Below are positions 42,870 to 55,648 of a stretch of DNA of 64,000 nt, in pieces. Position 1 is the stretch's first letter. Every line of letters begins with the position of its first letter. A model generated the notes under the pieces. The model searched no databases, had not been told where the DNA came from, and saw nothing but the letters and a program-made list of their open reading frames with translations. The position numbers were made by a program, and so were the translations under genes. The stretch is taken from the NCBI GenBank assembly GCA_009914755.4, contig CP068257.2, positions 33,504,001 to 33,568,000 of the forward strand. Direction: 5' to 3'. This stretch comes from the human T2T-CHM13v2.0 reference genome, Homo sapiens.

Positions 42870-43502
42870 TACATTGCTGGTGGAATGCAAAGTGGTACAG
42901 CCACAGTGGAAAACAGTTTGATGGTTCTTACAAGAGTTAAAGCTACCATACGACCCAGAAATTCCACTCCTACCTACATACTGAAAAGAATTAAAGACAG
43001 ATGCTCAAACAAATACAGGTACTCCTATGTTCACAGCAGCATTATTCACAAGAGACAAGAGATGAAAACAACCCGAACGCCCAATAATAGATGAATGGAT
43101 AAAGAAAATGTGGTATATACAGACAATGGTGTATTATTCAGCCCTAAAAAGGAATGAAATTTGGATACATGCTACAACGTGGACGTACCTCAAAAACATT
43201 ACACCCAGCAAAAGAAGCCAGATGCAAAAGACCACATACTGCATGATTCTATTTATATGAAATATCTAGAATAGGAAAATCCACAGGAACAGAGAGTAGA
43301 TTGGTGGTTGCCATAGGCTGCGGGAGAGGGAATAAGGAGTGATTTTTCATGGCCACAGAGTTCCTTTCAGGTGATGCAACTGTTTTGCAAGTAGATAGAG
43401 GTAGTGGTTGTACAACATCGTGAATGTACTAAGTGCCATTGAAATGTTCACTTTTAAAATGATCAAGATTATTTTTGAATTTCATCTGAGTTGAAAAAAA
43501 AA
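42870..43502 (+). mobile_element. Old L1 (L1MA/L1MB-like) 3' end: ORF2 C-terminus, 3'UTR and poly-A
   Basis: 'ggtggaatgcaaagtggtacagccacagtggaaaacagtttg…catgctacaacgtggacgtacctcaaaaacattacacccagcaaaagaagccagatgcaaaagaccacatactgcatgattctatttatatgaaatatctagaataggaaaatccacaggaacagagagtagattggtggttgccataggctgcggg…' ends in ttgaaaaaaaaa. Confidence 0.85.
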
Positions 43503-43689
43503 TGAGTGTATATGAAAATATTCCTTATATGTTTTTAGTGACTTACCCAGGGTCACTCAGGTGGTTGGAAGCTGGGTGGATAAAAGGCTATGTAGAGAGG
43601 TCAGAGGGAGTCTGAATCTTCTAGTGACTCATTCTATTTATTTATTAATAATCGAGCAATAAACCTATATATTTGTGAACATCATGATG

Positions 43690-44225
43690 CTTTGATACAT
43701 GTATCCCTTGTGGAATGGCTAAATCAAGCTAATTAACATATGCATCACCCTACTTATCATATTTTTTGGTAGTGAGAACACTTGGTATTTACACTTTCAG
43801 CAATTTTTATGTATAAAACATACTGTTATTGACTAGAGTCACCATGCTGCACAATAGATCTCCAGAACTGATTCCTGCTGTCTAACAGAAATTTTGTATC
43901 CTTTGACCATCATGTTTCCCAACCCTCATCCCCAGCCTCTGGAAACCACCATTCCACTCTGTGCTTCTACGAGTTTGACTTTTTCAGATTCCACATATGA
44001 GTGAGATCATGTGGTATTTGTCTGTCTGTGCCTGGCTTATTTCACTTAACACAATGTTCTCTCTTTTTTAAGGCTGCATAGTATTCCACTGGGTACATAT
44101 ACCACATTTTCTTTATCCATTGATGAATCTTTAGGTCGATCTCCTAACTTGGCCATTGTAAATAATGCTACAATGAGCGTGGGGGTGCAGGCATCTCTCT
44201 GACATACCAATTTTATATCCATCTA
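43690..44225 (-). mobile_element. Old L1 (L1M-type) ORF2-end and 3'UTR fragment, antisense, 3'-truncated
   Basis: '…ctaaatcaagctaattaacatatgcatcaccc…gtgagaacacttggtatttacactttcagcaattt…gtcaccatgctgcacaatagatctccagaactgattc…cagattccacatatgagtgagatcatgtggtatttgtctgtctgtgcctggcttatttcacttaacacaatgttc…atataccacattttctttatccattgatgaatctttaggtcgatctcctaacttggccattgtaaataatgctacaatgagcgtgggggtgcaggcatctctc' is the classic L1 3' end in antisense. Confidence 0.85.
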
Positions 44226-44994
44226 GTGACTCTTTCCTGACAGAGAAAAACTTTTCTCTGAACCTCCCCCAAATTTTCCTTCAGGTCTCACTGGCCAAAA
44301 CGAGGTCACATGACTATACCTAAATCAGTCATGACAGACAAATGGAGGGGGTTGTCGTTAGACCAGTCAGGCGTGGCTAATCCCTTTGCACCCATATGGT
44401 GGCCAAGTGTGTGTACTTAGGAGGCACACATTTTGTGCTGTGGAGAAAGGCTGAACTTCCTCACAAAGACTCAGAAACACTTGGCAAATCTAAAGGACAG
44501 TCAAGAAGGAGACATAAAACAGATACAAAACTGGATACAAAATATGGTGACTGCGTTAAGAAGACCTCCCATTGGAGACAGCTTTACAGAAGAGATGAGA
44601 GTAGGAGAATGATTTAGGGAGAGAGGTGGGTGGTGAATACAGTGGGCCCTTGAGGAGAAAACACCTGGGAAGTCCTGGCTTGCAACTCCTACTCTGGAGG
44701 TGACCCTGGAAAAGTCTGGATTTACCCTGAATGAACCGAACTCTCCCCGAGCTTCATTTTTCTTATCTGTGAAAAAAGGGTAGAGACGCCTTCCTCACAG
44801 AGACACTGAAAGAATTATACTCGGAGATGGAAAAAAAATACTGCCTAATTTATGGTAAGATTAGAGACTGTTTAGTCTCTAGTCTTGACTGTCATCCCAA
44901 AATGACATGATTAAAGATGGGTTTTCACTTTATAATAAATATTGTTTAGTAATAGATTAATAAACCGACGGGCTTGAAAACAGTTCAAATATAT

Positions 44995-45120
44995 TGAAAG
45001 AATAAAAGAAAAGAAAGAAAGAAAAAGAGTGAGAGAGAAAGAGAGAGAGAGAAGGAGGGAGGGAGGGAAGGAAGGGGGAAGGGAAGAAAGAAAGAAGGAA
45101 CGAAGGAAGGAAGGAAAAGA
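44995..45120. repeat. GA-rich (polypurine) compound simple repeat (GAAA/GA/GGGA/GGAA)n
   Basis: aagaaagaaagaaaaagagtgagagagaaagagagagagagaaggagggagggagggaaggaagggggaagggaagaaagaaagaaggaacgaaggaaggaagg. Confidence 0.9.
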
Positions 45121-46705
45121 AATTATCCCTTGAATGCCTGACTACCTTCACACCTAACATAATCGGAAGCAGAAATTCTGATTGGACGCTGAGTTCCTCA
45201 AAATCCCCCAAATGGAGTAATCACTGTTGGTTCCCTGCCCAGCTCCAACAGCACCCTGCCATCCTTAGAAATCTCCAACACATACACCATAGACTTGGCT
45301 CGGAACCACTCTTCAGGGTATTCATTTCTTGGTTCCTTATGGCCAGGACTGGACACATAATTTTCAGGACCCACTGCAAAATCGAAGCCCCTTGTTGAAA
45401 AAGAATTAAGGATCTCAAGGTGGTGACAGGGGAACATTAACCCGAGTGTGGACCCTTCTAAGCATGGGGCCTCCTGTTACTGATCAGGTCACCTGTTCAT
45501 GAAGCCAGCCCTGGCTACTCCCTACAGGTGAGAGATACAAATTCCTTAGCACGACATCCAGGGCTCTTCAGAAGGGGACCCCAGCCCCTCGTGAACACCT
45601 CACAGCTTCTATAATGTTTCCCTACTTGAGGGCCTTTGCACGTGCCCCTCTCAGGGTCAGGGGTGTGCATCCTCTCTGTTCCATCATCACACCCTCCACA
45701 CCCACCCAGCTCCTCCAAACCCTTAACCCATCTTGCTCCACTCCCTAGCCCCACACTCCTTAGGCAGAATCTGGTTCCCTAGAGTCCCCACTAAGCATTT
45801 GTCTCATGGCACTTAAACCAGATTTTTTATACCTTGGTCTCTTCCTATAAGAAGATGAGCTCCTTGAGTTCAGGGAATATTCTCTCCTTCTGTGACCCTG
45901 GCCTTCTCTCACGCAGTGTCTGCTGTCTGGGTTCATGAATGAGTGTAGGGCTAACCGCCTGCCTCAATGGCAGTAGATTGGACCATTCACACTCAGACAT
46001 GATCCTGGCCAGAACCTCTTGAGTCTATCGGCTGTCCCAACCTTGCCTCTGATGTTGTGTGGCTCCTTACCTCATTCCTCCCCCTTTTACTTGGTTTTAA
46101 GCTGCAGGGATGATAGTGCCTCTCAGATCTCAACTCTAGGCATTCACATGCCCATTATCGAGTGACTTAGTTTGAATTCCTCTAAAAGCAGACCCAAAGA
46201 AAAAGATTTGGGCCAAGTATTTTATTTGGCGGGTGATGCCAGGAAGCACTGTGAGGGAGCAGGGAACTGAGAAAGTAGAGGGTGGAAAGCTACAAAGAGA
46301 CACCTTGATTAGTACGTTCCATTTTAGGCAAATAGGACTCAGGCCTGCTGGGGACCCTCTGAAAATTTTTGGTGAACCCAGTCCAAGTGATCCTAACCAG
46401 AGGTGAAGAAACTGGGGTATTTATTTGCAACTGCTGCCTCTCATTGGTAATAGGTCACTCTAGGAACTTGCTGGCACTTCCAGTCTGTTCTATACCTGGG
46501 TGTGTGTCTGTGGTCAGAGGATGCCCTCAGCCAGGAGATGCAAGAGGCTATCCACATGGCTGCTGGCAGCCACTGAGATAGACTGCAGGGAAATGGGTGG
46601 GCCAGTGATGGCATCTGCTATGAAGAGGAATGGCAGTTAAAAATCCTTGGCAAAAATGTTCTGCTCGGATCATGAAACTTAGCCAGCGCATCAATGACCA
46701 TACTA

Positions 46706-47103
46706 ATTTCTTAGGGTTGCTGTAACAAAGTGCCACAAATTGAGTCATTTACTGTCTCACAATTCTGGAGGTCAGGAGTCCAATATCAAGGTATTGGACT
46801 CCTGGATCTGCTCTAGATTTCTCTCTCAGCTTCTGTAGCCTCAGGCATTCCTGGGCTTATAGGTGGCTGTTGTCTCTCTGTATCTTCACATCAGCTTTCC
46901 TCCATGTGTGCCTCTGTGTCCACATTTTTCCCTTGTTATAAGAACACCAGTCACGTTGGATTAGGGTCCACCCTGATGACCTTAGTTTAATATGATTACC
47001 TTTGTAAAAACCCTCTTTCCAAATGAGGTCACATTTCTTAGGTACTGGAGGTTTGGGTCTTCAACATATCTCTTGGGAGGGGGATACAATTCAACCCATT
47101 ATG
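46706..47103 (+). mobile_element. MLT1-like MaLR LTR (third copy of the same family)
   Basis: 'ttagggttgctgtaacaaagtgccacaaattgagtcatttactgtctcacaattctggaggtcaggagtcc…acaccagtcacgttggattagggtccaccctgatgaccttagtttaatatgattacc…ggtactggaggtttgggtcttcaacatatctcttgggagggggatacaattcaacccattatga'. Confidence 0.5.
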
Positions 47104-47909
47104 ACCAAATGAGAGAGATTACCACCATGCCCCACACGGTGGCCCTAAGTGGGCGAACACCTAACAAGGAATTGTGCACCTTGTTTAACTAGGTGTTTTA
47201 GAGCAGGTCCTCCAACCAACCGCCACTGTAATTTCTCACTTTGCTCACTTACATTAAAGAGAAAAGTGGGCCCAACTCTTTCAGCAGGAAGACAGACTAT
47301 CACCCATGTCACACGCAGGTAAGTACATGAGATAAAAGCCATTGTGGCTCACAAAAACCAGTGGGTAATTCTGTCCAAGTGGAAGATTAATTGGAAGCTC
47401 TTTTAGGCTAAGACTGAATATCGTGGGAGGTATGTGGCAAGCTAGGAGCAAGTCCACAGGAGAGTCTTTGTCAAAACTAAAGTAATTAAAGCCTTCAAAA
47501 ATAGGACCTTGGGAAAAAGGAAAAAGGAATTTGATAATTTTGCCTGCAGAGAAGCAGACTGAGGTGTGGTTCACAGTTCCCCCGCATTTGAAAGGTGGCC
47601 AGAGGCACTCCCATTCCTGCTGAGAAGAGCGTGATGGGAAAAAGGCTTAAACTGAAGGGGAGATTTAGGCGGATGAACTGAAGAATGTTCAGAGCCTACA
47701 AGGCATGGGCACTCCAGGATTGGTTAACTCACCATAAACACTTTGCTTTTGCACAACACTTAATGACTTATGCAGAGTCTCTCTACTTGCTTGTCTCATT
47801 TGATTCTCCTGACACTCCTTTGAAAGGGTAGGGTCAGACACATTGTACAAACTGCAAAGTGCAGTGATTTATGCTCTTAGCCTATACAATGCTTCATTTT
47901 CGCTAGTCC

Positions 47910-48102
47910 ACGGTTCTTAACGTCAGCACAACTGACATTTGGGGCTGCATAATTCTCTTGTCGGGGGCTGTCCTGTGCACTGTAGGATGTTTAACAGCAT
48001 CTCTGCAATACACCACCCCCCAGTAGAGAAACCTCAAAATACATCCAGTCATTGCCAAATGCCCTCCTGAAGGAAAAGTCACCCCTCGCTGAGAATCACC
48101 AG
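47910..48102 (-). mobile_element. MER5-type hAT-Charlie miniature transposon (antisense relative to the 40283 copy)
   Basis: 'cggttcttaacgtcagcacaactgacatttggggctgcataattctcttgtcgggggctgtcctgtgcactgtaggatgtttaacagcatctctgcaatacaccaccccccagtagagaaacctcaaaatacatccagtcattgccaaatgccctcctgaaggaaaagtcacccctcgctgagaatcaccag' matches the reverse complement of MER5A. Confidence 0.65.
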
Positions 48103-48475
48103 TGAGTCTAAATTCCCCCAACTACTGCTTAAGCCCTTTAACTATTTTTCTATCTCCTGGGGAGATAAGGAAGTATCGCTGTTCACCATATACACTTTTG
48201 AGACAGATGAAAAGACATAGTCACTGACTTCTGGGAGCTCACAGACCACTGGGAAATGGGCCTGCCTTCTCCCCACAATGGGGAGGTAGCCGTCATGTCA
48301 TGTCTTCAAAGGGCAGAGGTCACAGAAAGCCTTCAGTCTGCCCAGCATCGTCAGAAAGAAAAAATTTCTCAGAAAGGGGAGAGTTGAAACTAAAATATGA
48401 AAAGACAAATAGGGTTTATCTAATAGATATTGTCATTTGTATTATCTCAAGCTTTTAAACATAGTTTTATATACA

Positions 48476-48689
48476 CCTGGGGTCATCAGACTATGAGCCA
48501 GGGGCCAAATCAGGCCCACTGTCTGTTTTTATAAATAAAGTTTTATTGGAACACAGTAATATTCATCATGTATTTGTCTGTGGCTGCATTCCTGCTACAA
48601 CAGCAGAGTTGAATAATTGTGACAGAGTCTATATGACCTGTGATGTCAAAATACTTACTATCTGGGCCTTAGCAGAAAAAAATTGCTGA
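48476..48689 (+). mobile_element. hAT-like miniature DNA transposon with 'caggggtc…gacccctg'-type terminal inverted repeats
   Basis: ctggggtcatcagactatgagccaggggccaaatcaggcccactgtctgtttttataaataaagttttattggaacacag…ctgctacaacagcagagttgaataattgtgacagagtctatatgacctgtgatgtcaaaatacttactatctgggccttagcagaaaaaaattgctgatccctg matches a widespread mammalian MITE consensus (…ggccaaatccggcccgc…tttattggaacacagc…ctacaacggcagagttgagtagttgcgacagagacc…tatctggccctt…gtttgccgacccctg). Confidence 0.6.
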
Positions 48690-50960
48690 TCCCTGTCTAG
48701 GTCCTGGGGTTTGAAGTACAGGGACCTTTACTGAATGCTTGTCCTGTAGACTTGCATCACTTTTCATTGCTTTAGGTAAGATAATCTACTATGTACCAAG
48801 CTGTAAATTAAGTGGTTTGTATATGCCACCCAATTCTTCTGTTCAATGACCTTGAAAAATATATACTGTTATCCCAACAAATGCAAGGTCAGAGAAAATA
48901 ATAAGCTTGTCTAAATCATAGAATGAGTAGACAGGCAGAGGCAGTATTTAAACTCCCATTTTCTTGACTTCAATGTCATTAAAACACCATGAACCTCAGT
49001 TTCTTCACCTACCAAAAGCAAACAGTTACCTACCTTTCTTCAATTTACAAGCTTTCTTCCAAATTATAAGTGATAGGAATACTTCTAACAACAAAATGAT
49101 GTGTAGGTAACATTTATCCCCATTGTATAATTAAGTCCTAGGTGAGTCTTCTGCTCTGTATTTTATCACCCCTGGCTTTGGGACCAGCTGTGTCACATAT
49201 GCAAATCATAGCAGACTCCTTTTACATGGGTGACAGCTCACTTCAGTAGAAGCTTCCCTCCCCATCACAAGGCTAAGTTGGCAGGACCAGGGAAACAAAT
49301 ACAACTCAAGCTTGGAGTTAAAAGAGTCGTGAAAGCAGAGACATGCATAAATCTACTTTATAAAGGGTTTAGAGGTCCTAGAGGCCACATTAAAGACATT
49401 CCCTAAATCAGCTCATGATGGGGCTTCCTGGGTGGTGGTGGAGCTTGACATGCCCCAGAGATCTGACATTTCCTTCTCTCCACCCCAGCTCAACCTGGTG
49501 GGTGGGAGAGCTGGTGGGAACTGTGCAGGTGGCTTCAAACAGTGGGTAAGGGGATCTTGCAGCCCTTCCTTCCTTCTCTTCTTCCCTGGGTGTTCAATAA
49601 AAGGCTTCATTGGATGCACACATATTACTAGGCATGTGTGTAGAAAAATGGCAAGCATTACTATTAATTTTGGGGACAATTAATCACCAGTACGAAGCAT
49701 AATACACAAAGCATTTTAAAATCATCATCTCACTTGGTCTCTACAATGATCTTTTGTGGTAGGTGCTGGTATGCGGAGGCTGAAGCAACTCCATCTTGGA
49801 AGCTAATCTACCATGTTGGCTTCTGATTAACATCAGTTCTGGGAAGGCTTGTAAGATTTCCTGTTTGTCTATTATTTCCTAGGTAAGAGCAGATACTTAC
49901 TGTAAATCCTGCCCCTAGATTAAACAACCTTGGTGTTATCGTACTTCCATTGTCCTATACATCCCTTCGGAATCCCCCTTTCCCTATGGTCCTCAAGCCC
50001 TTGGTCTGGGGAGTAACAGCATAGGGATCAACCATCTCGTCTTGCCACTGCCCGAAATACAGACATGGCTTCTGTTCCTAAGTCCCTATTAAACTTTTCT
50101 TTCTAAGAAACTGGATTTGTCAGCCTCTTTCTTCACCTCTCAGCTTCCTTGGACTTTGGGGGTAGGTTTGCGTAGACATGCTCACCACAGACACAATATC
50201 AGCTTCATTCTACAGATGAGGAAGGCAAGCCTTGGGGAGCTTAACCAACTTGTCGAGACTCATGTATATACCAACACTGAAAAGCAGATATTCCAGACTC
50301 CCAGTCATGCCACAGGCACACCCCTCAGTGAGAGGTGGGGTTTGTAGTTGAGGCTATTTCCTGCCCAGGGAGCAGGGAGGCATTCTAGCTTCCCTGAGCT
50401 AATGTGGTTCTGCTTGTGTCTGACTTCCAGGTCTCTGCCCTTTCCAAGCTCACTAGGATGGGCTTCGGGTGTGTCAAATGCCTCAGACAGTACAGATCCA
50501 CACAGAATGGGCATATGCAACCAATCAGTGTCATAAAAAAGAAGGAAATGACTCGGGCCCCCTGTGTGTTCAACATGTCGAAGGTATCTGTGCAGCAGAA
50601 GAAAGAAGGGCAAAAGCCCCCAGTGCCACAGGCCAGAGGCAGCAGCTTGGGCCCATGTGGGAGGGTTTGCTTTCCCCTGCCAAAGTGATGGGCTGCTGCA
50701 GCCTGGGGCTTGTGGGAATCCTTCCTGGGCCTGTGTGGGAAGTGTAGGCAGGGAGAGTGCTGCTTTCCCAAGCTCATCCCAGCTACAGCTACCTTTGTGC
50801 TCTGGGATTCAGGACCCCCGAGGGGGCTGGCAGGAGAGTCTCTGTTCTCGGATGGGTTGTCACCAGGGCATACATGGGAAGTGGGCTCTCTGGAGTCACC
50901 CTCCAGGGGACAATGCCAATTCCAGACACATTTACTGGAACCCCTACACTGATGACCTTT

Positions 50961-51375
50961 TGTTGAGGGTTGAATTATGTCCCCAAAAAAGATACATTGA
51001 AGTCCAAACCTCTGGTGTCTATAAATGTGATTTTATTTGAAAATGAGGTTTCTATGGACTAAATTGTGTCCCTCCCAAATTCATATTTTGAAGCCCTAGC
51101 CCCCAATGTGACTATACCTAGAGACAGAGATCTTTAGGAGGTAATTAAGGTTCAATGAGGTCAGGTGGGTGGGGCCCTAAACCAACAGGAAGGACTGTGG
51201 CCTTACTAGAAAAGGAAGAAAAAGCATTTCCTCTCTTCTAGTATAAAAGGACACAGAAAGAAGGCAGATATCTACAAGCCACGAAGAGAGACGTCACTGA
51301 GAACTGAATTTGTGTACATTGATCTGGAACTTCCAGCCTCCAGAACTTGAGAAATACATTTCTGTTGTTTATTTT
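50961..51375 (-). mobile_element. MLT1-like MaLR LTR (fourth copy, antisense, one end truncated)
   Basis: 'tgttgagggttgaattatgtccccaaaaaagatacattgaagtcc…attgtgtccctcccaaattcatattttgaagccctagcccccaatgtgactatacctagagacag…ggaggtaattaaggttcaatgaggtcaggtgggtggggccctaaacc…cttccagcctccagaacttgagaaatacatttctgttgttta'. Confidence 0.5.
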
Positions 51376-52123
51376 TTTTTCATGTAATCAATTCATTTAT
51401 CATATATTTATTGAGTGCCTACTATGTGCCAGAGGATACAGCAGTAACAAAACTAGGCAAAAATTGTGCCTAAAAGAGGGAAGATGACTTTTCTTAAAGT
51501 GTGGAATAAAGAAAAGTAAGATAGCGGATAGAAGCTTGAAGTGAAAGCAGGTTCACAGGAAGTTTCTTTGGTCATTTGTTTTGTTTTTAAATAGTGGAAA
51601 GATGTATATGTTTATGGAGAAAGATTGCCTTGAAGATGCAAGAGGAAGAGATGATCAAAATTCAAGAAGAAGCAGAAAGTGATAGAATAAAGAGCACAAG
51701 TGGAGAATTAGTGTTAATGAAAAGAAGGATGCTTCCTTTGATATGAAGTGAAGGAAGAGAGAATGAGTAAAGACCAAGACTTGAAGTCCCTAGTTTAATA
51801 GAGGGAGATTTCTTCTTTTGATAGCAACAATGGTATTCTGAATTATTTGAAGACATGTCATATTTCTCTTGTGCCATTTTCCTCCCAGTTTAAACATTCT
51901 CATAACCTCTATTCCTCACATGATGTTTTTCCAGGTCCTTTATTCTTTGGCACTCTCTTCTCTGGACACATTGTATTCTGTCATTGGTCCTAAAATTTAG
52001 ATACTCACAATTGAACATACTCCTCTAGATATGGTCTAGCTAATGCAAAAGAACTGCTGCCTTCCAACTTGTTCAGACATCATATGTTTGTTGTCAAACG
52101 CTAAGTTGAGTTGTTATCTTTTA

Positions 52124-52125
<2 letters not shown>

Positions 52126-52156
<31 letters not shown>
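52126..52156. repeat. (T)31 homopolymer
   Basis: An uninterrupted T-run lies between 'ttaag' and 'aattccaagagg'. No Alu or L1 body is adjacent. Confidence 0.95.
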
Positions 52157-52160
<4 letters not shown>

Positions 52161-52861
52161 CCAAGAGGTGCCCACGTTGGCTAAGTACCAAACAGGGTAC
52201 TAGGGAATTTTACTTCTGAGTTAAATGCCATTCTAGTTGTTTTTTCTTCATCTCCAGTAAGGTTATCTTTATTCACCAGTTGTTACAATAGCTGTGGGTC
52301 TTGCTTCTCACAGTTTTATGCTGTCTGTGCTATTTTCTCTACTGATCATCACCACAATCATTATTGCTTATCATAATTGTTATCTTTATTTTCTCCTTTA
52401 ATCAAGAATCAGTCTTCCTTTATCTCATTATTCTCTTTTGCAGGCTTCAGGATAATTATGGTTGGAGTGCACTGGGGGAACCAGTGCAGCTAAGCTCTGA
52501 CATCTTTGCATCCCTTTTCCATCTGCTGTTTTGGCACTCTGGTAGAATAGATAACCTAAAAACGACTTTAAAACATCTAGAAATTTTGGATAAAATATAA
52601 CAAACATCCCTTTAAATGCACAACTGATCTTCCATGGAAGTCACAGAAATATATAACGCCAAAAAGAAGGGAAGCTGAAACCCAGGGCTGTAAACATGAA
52701 CATCATCTTCTCTCCCTTTTTCTTGTGACTTATCTTGTTTTTCTCAGCTTTGGTGCTACCAAGGCTTGACTTTAATAGGCATTTCCAATCAATGAGAGAA
52801 TTTCTTTTGCTTTCATCAACAATTCAGTTATTGATGTTAACATATATATCATTTGAGTACT

Positions 52862-53888
<1,027 letters not shown>

Positions 53889-54308
53889 TCTGTTGTTTAA
53901 ACCACGAAGTCTATGGTATCTGGTTATGACAACCTGAGAATACTAACTCAAGGGTCTTTCGCAGATGTCATTAAGTTGTTAAAGTGAGGTCATTATGGTG
54001 GGTCCTAATCCAAGAGAAGAGATGCATGGACAGACGTGCACAACGGGAGGACCAAGCCAAGACACACAGGGAGAATGGCCATGGGAAGATGGAGGCAGAG
54101 ATCAAAGTGAGGCACCCACAAGCCAAGAAATGGCAGGAGCTACCAGCAGCTGGAAGATGCAGAGAAGCATTCCTTCTTAGAGGTTTCAGAGAGAGTATGG
54201 TGCTACTGACACCTTGATTTTGAACTTCTAGTCTCCAGAACTATGAGAGAATAAATTTCTGTTGGTTAAGCCATCGAGTTTGTGTAAGTTTGTTATAAGA
54301 GCCCTAGG
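53889..54308 (-). mobile_element. MLT1-like MaLR LTR (fifth copy, antisense) that received the L1PA insertion. The leader segment at 53889-53944 looks duplicated or rearranged.
   Basis: 'tctgttgtttaaaccacgaagtctatggtatctggttatgacaacctgagaatactaa' is followed by 'ctcaagggtctttcgcagatgtcattaagttgttaaagtgaggtcattatggtgggtcctaatccaag…ctccagaactatgagagaataaatttctgttggttaagccatcgagtttgtgtaagtttgttataagagccctagg'. Confidence 0.5.
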
Positions 54309-55285
54309 AAATAAACATATCCATTTATTCAGGAAAGCCTGCTAGAGTGCAAATATTTGGAAAAGATACTACTATGCAAATGTTTGAAAAAGATATTGCT
54401 CTTGATTCTGCCTTATGGGTTTTTCATTTCTGTAAGCTATTCTCAAAGTTTTGTTCTTGGACTACTATTGGTAATTAAGACTGCAACATGTTTGGCAACA
54501 TCAGTTGAGAACTGTTGCTCTGGGAACGTTTTCGGCAAGCCTCAGCCCTTCTTTTCCCTTGGCTTGCATTGAGGAGTTAGGTGATACTCTGCTGCTCAGG
54601 CCCAGCACCTTTATGGACCGTATTCCCCTGGTGGAATGACCATCTCTGCTTGCTCTGATTGGCTGTTGGGGTTTTCTAGCATGCCCTATTTAATATGTAT
54701 GATTTATCTCTTACTTCAGTTGGAAGGTACAGTTGCTCTGTAGTTGGCATGCAGTCATGGTGACTATGAAAATATAAAATAATGTTTTGGTTTACAGACA
54801 CTTAGAAATAAGTTGTGTCTCAAAATTGGGTGACTATTCTAGTTATCTGCTACTCAATATCCTTGTGCGAGCCCTCTTTACCCAGAATCAAACTAAACCA
54901 TGAGGGGCACTATAGAATGTCACCCCTGGGTCCAGGATACTATGGGGACTCAGAAGCCAAGCTCCCACTGGGGGATCTAGGGCATGCCCCCAAGGTAAGA
55001 TTCCCTCCTCTTTGTTCAGCAGGAAGCACCCATCACACAAGGAGGTAGGAATAAACAAGCATTCGTCAAGAACAAAAGATACAGATGTTCTGCTGGAGCT
55101 TGGATACATAGCATAAGAGGGAACAGTTCTCACAGGTAAGAGTAAGTTTTCCTCTGGTGGTGACAGTGGGACCTGTGGGGGAGAGAATTGGGAGTACTGA
55201 CAGGAAGGCAGAGTGGCTGTCCAAATGAACGGATTGTTTGCACATGGCCTTTAGGGCACGTTGTGTTAGCCTTCCATTGCTGCTT

Positions 55286-55648
55286 ATATTAGTCTGTTTT
55301 CACACTGCCCATAAATGCATACCTGAGACTGGATAATTTATAAAGAAAAAGAGCCTTAATGTACTCATAGTTGCATGTGGCTGGGGAGGCCTCACAATCA
55401 TGGCAGAAGGTGAAAGGCACATCTTACATGGAAGCAGACAAGAGAGAATTGAGGACCAAGTGAAAGGGGTTTCCCCTTATAAAACCATCAGATCACATGA
55501 GACTTTTTCACCACCATGAGAACAGTAAGGGGAAAACTATGCTCATGATTCAATTGTCTCCCACTGGATTCCTCCCACAACACATAGGAATTATGGGAGC
55601 TAAAATTCAAGATGAGATTTGGGTGAGGACACAGCCAAACCCTATCAC
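55286..55648 (-). mobile_element. THE1/MST-type MaLR solo LTR (antisense)
   Basis: 'attagtctgttttcacactgcccataaatgcatacctgagactggataatttataaagaaaaagagccttaatg…catgtggctggggaggcctcacaatcatggcagaaggtgaaaggcacatcttacatgg…aaaccatcagatcacatgagactttttcaccaccatgagaacag…caagatgagatttgggtgaggacacagccaaaccctatca'. Confidence 0.8.

Noticed and set aside
50305-51040. A cluster of overlapping ORFs of 60-158 aa in all frames on both strands, including the 158-aa ORF at 50564-51040, in a GC-richer patch
   Set aside because: ORFs open simultaneously in 4-5 frames, which indicates low stop-codon frequency from local GC content and not coding. The peptides are low-complexity (C/G/P/S/R-rich) and show no recognisable domain. 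The 3' end runs into an MLT1-like LTR. CpG count is too low for a CpG island.
52126-52156. Poly-T considered as the tail of a minus-strand Alu
   Set aside because: The downstream sequence, aattccaagaggtgcccacgttggc…, has no Alu or L1 similarity. It is kept only as a simple repeat.
53889-53944. The 56-bp piece between the L1PA insertion and the MLT1-like LTR, considered as an L1 5' transduction or as the TSD
   Set aside because: It aligns to the start region of the MLT1-type LTR family and not to L1 or to the opposite flank. It is more simply read as a duplicated or rearranged piece of the target LTR. The exact TSD cannot be fixed without an empty-site ortholog.
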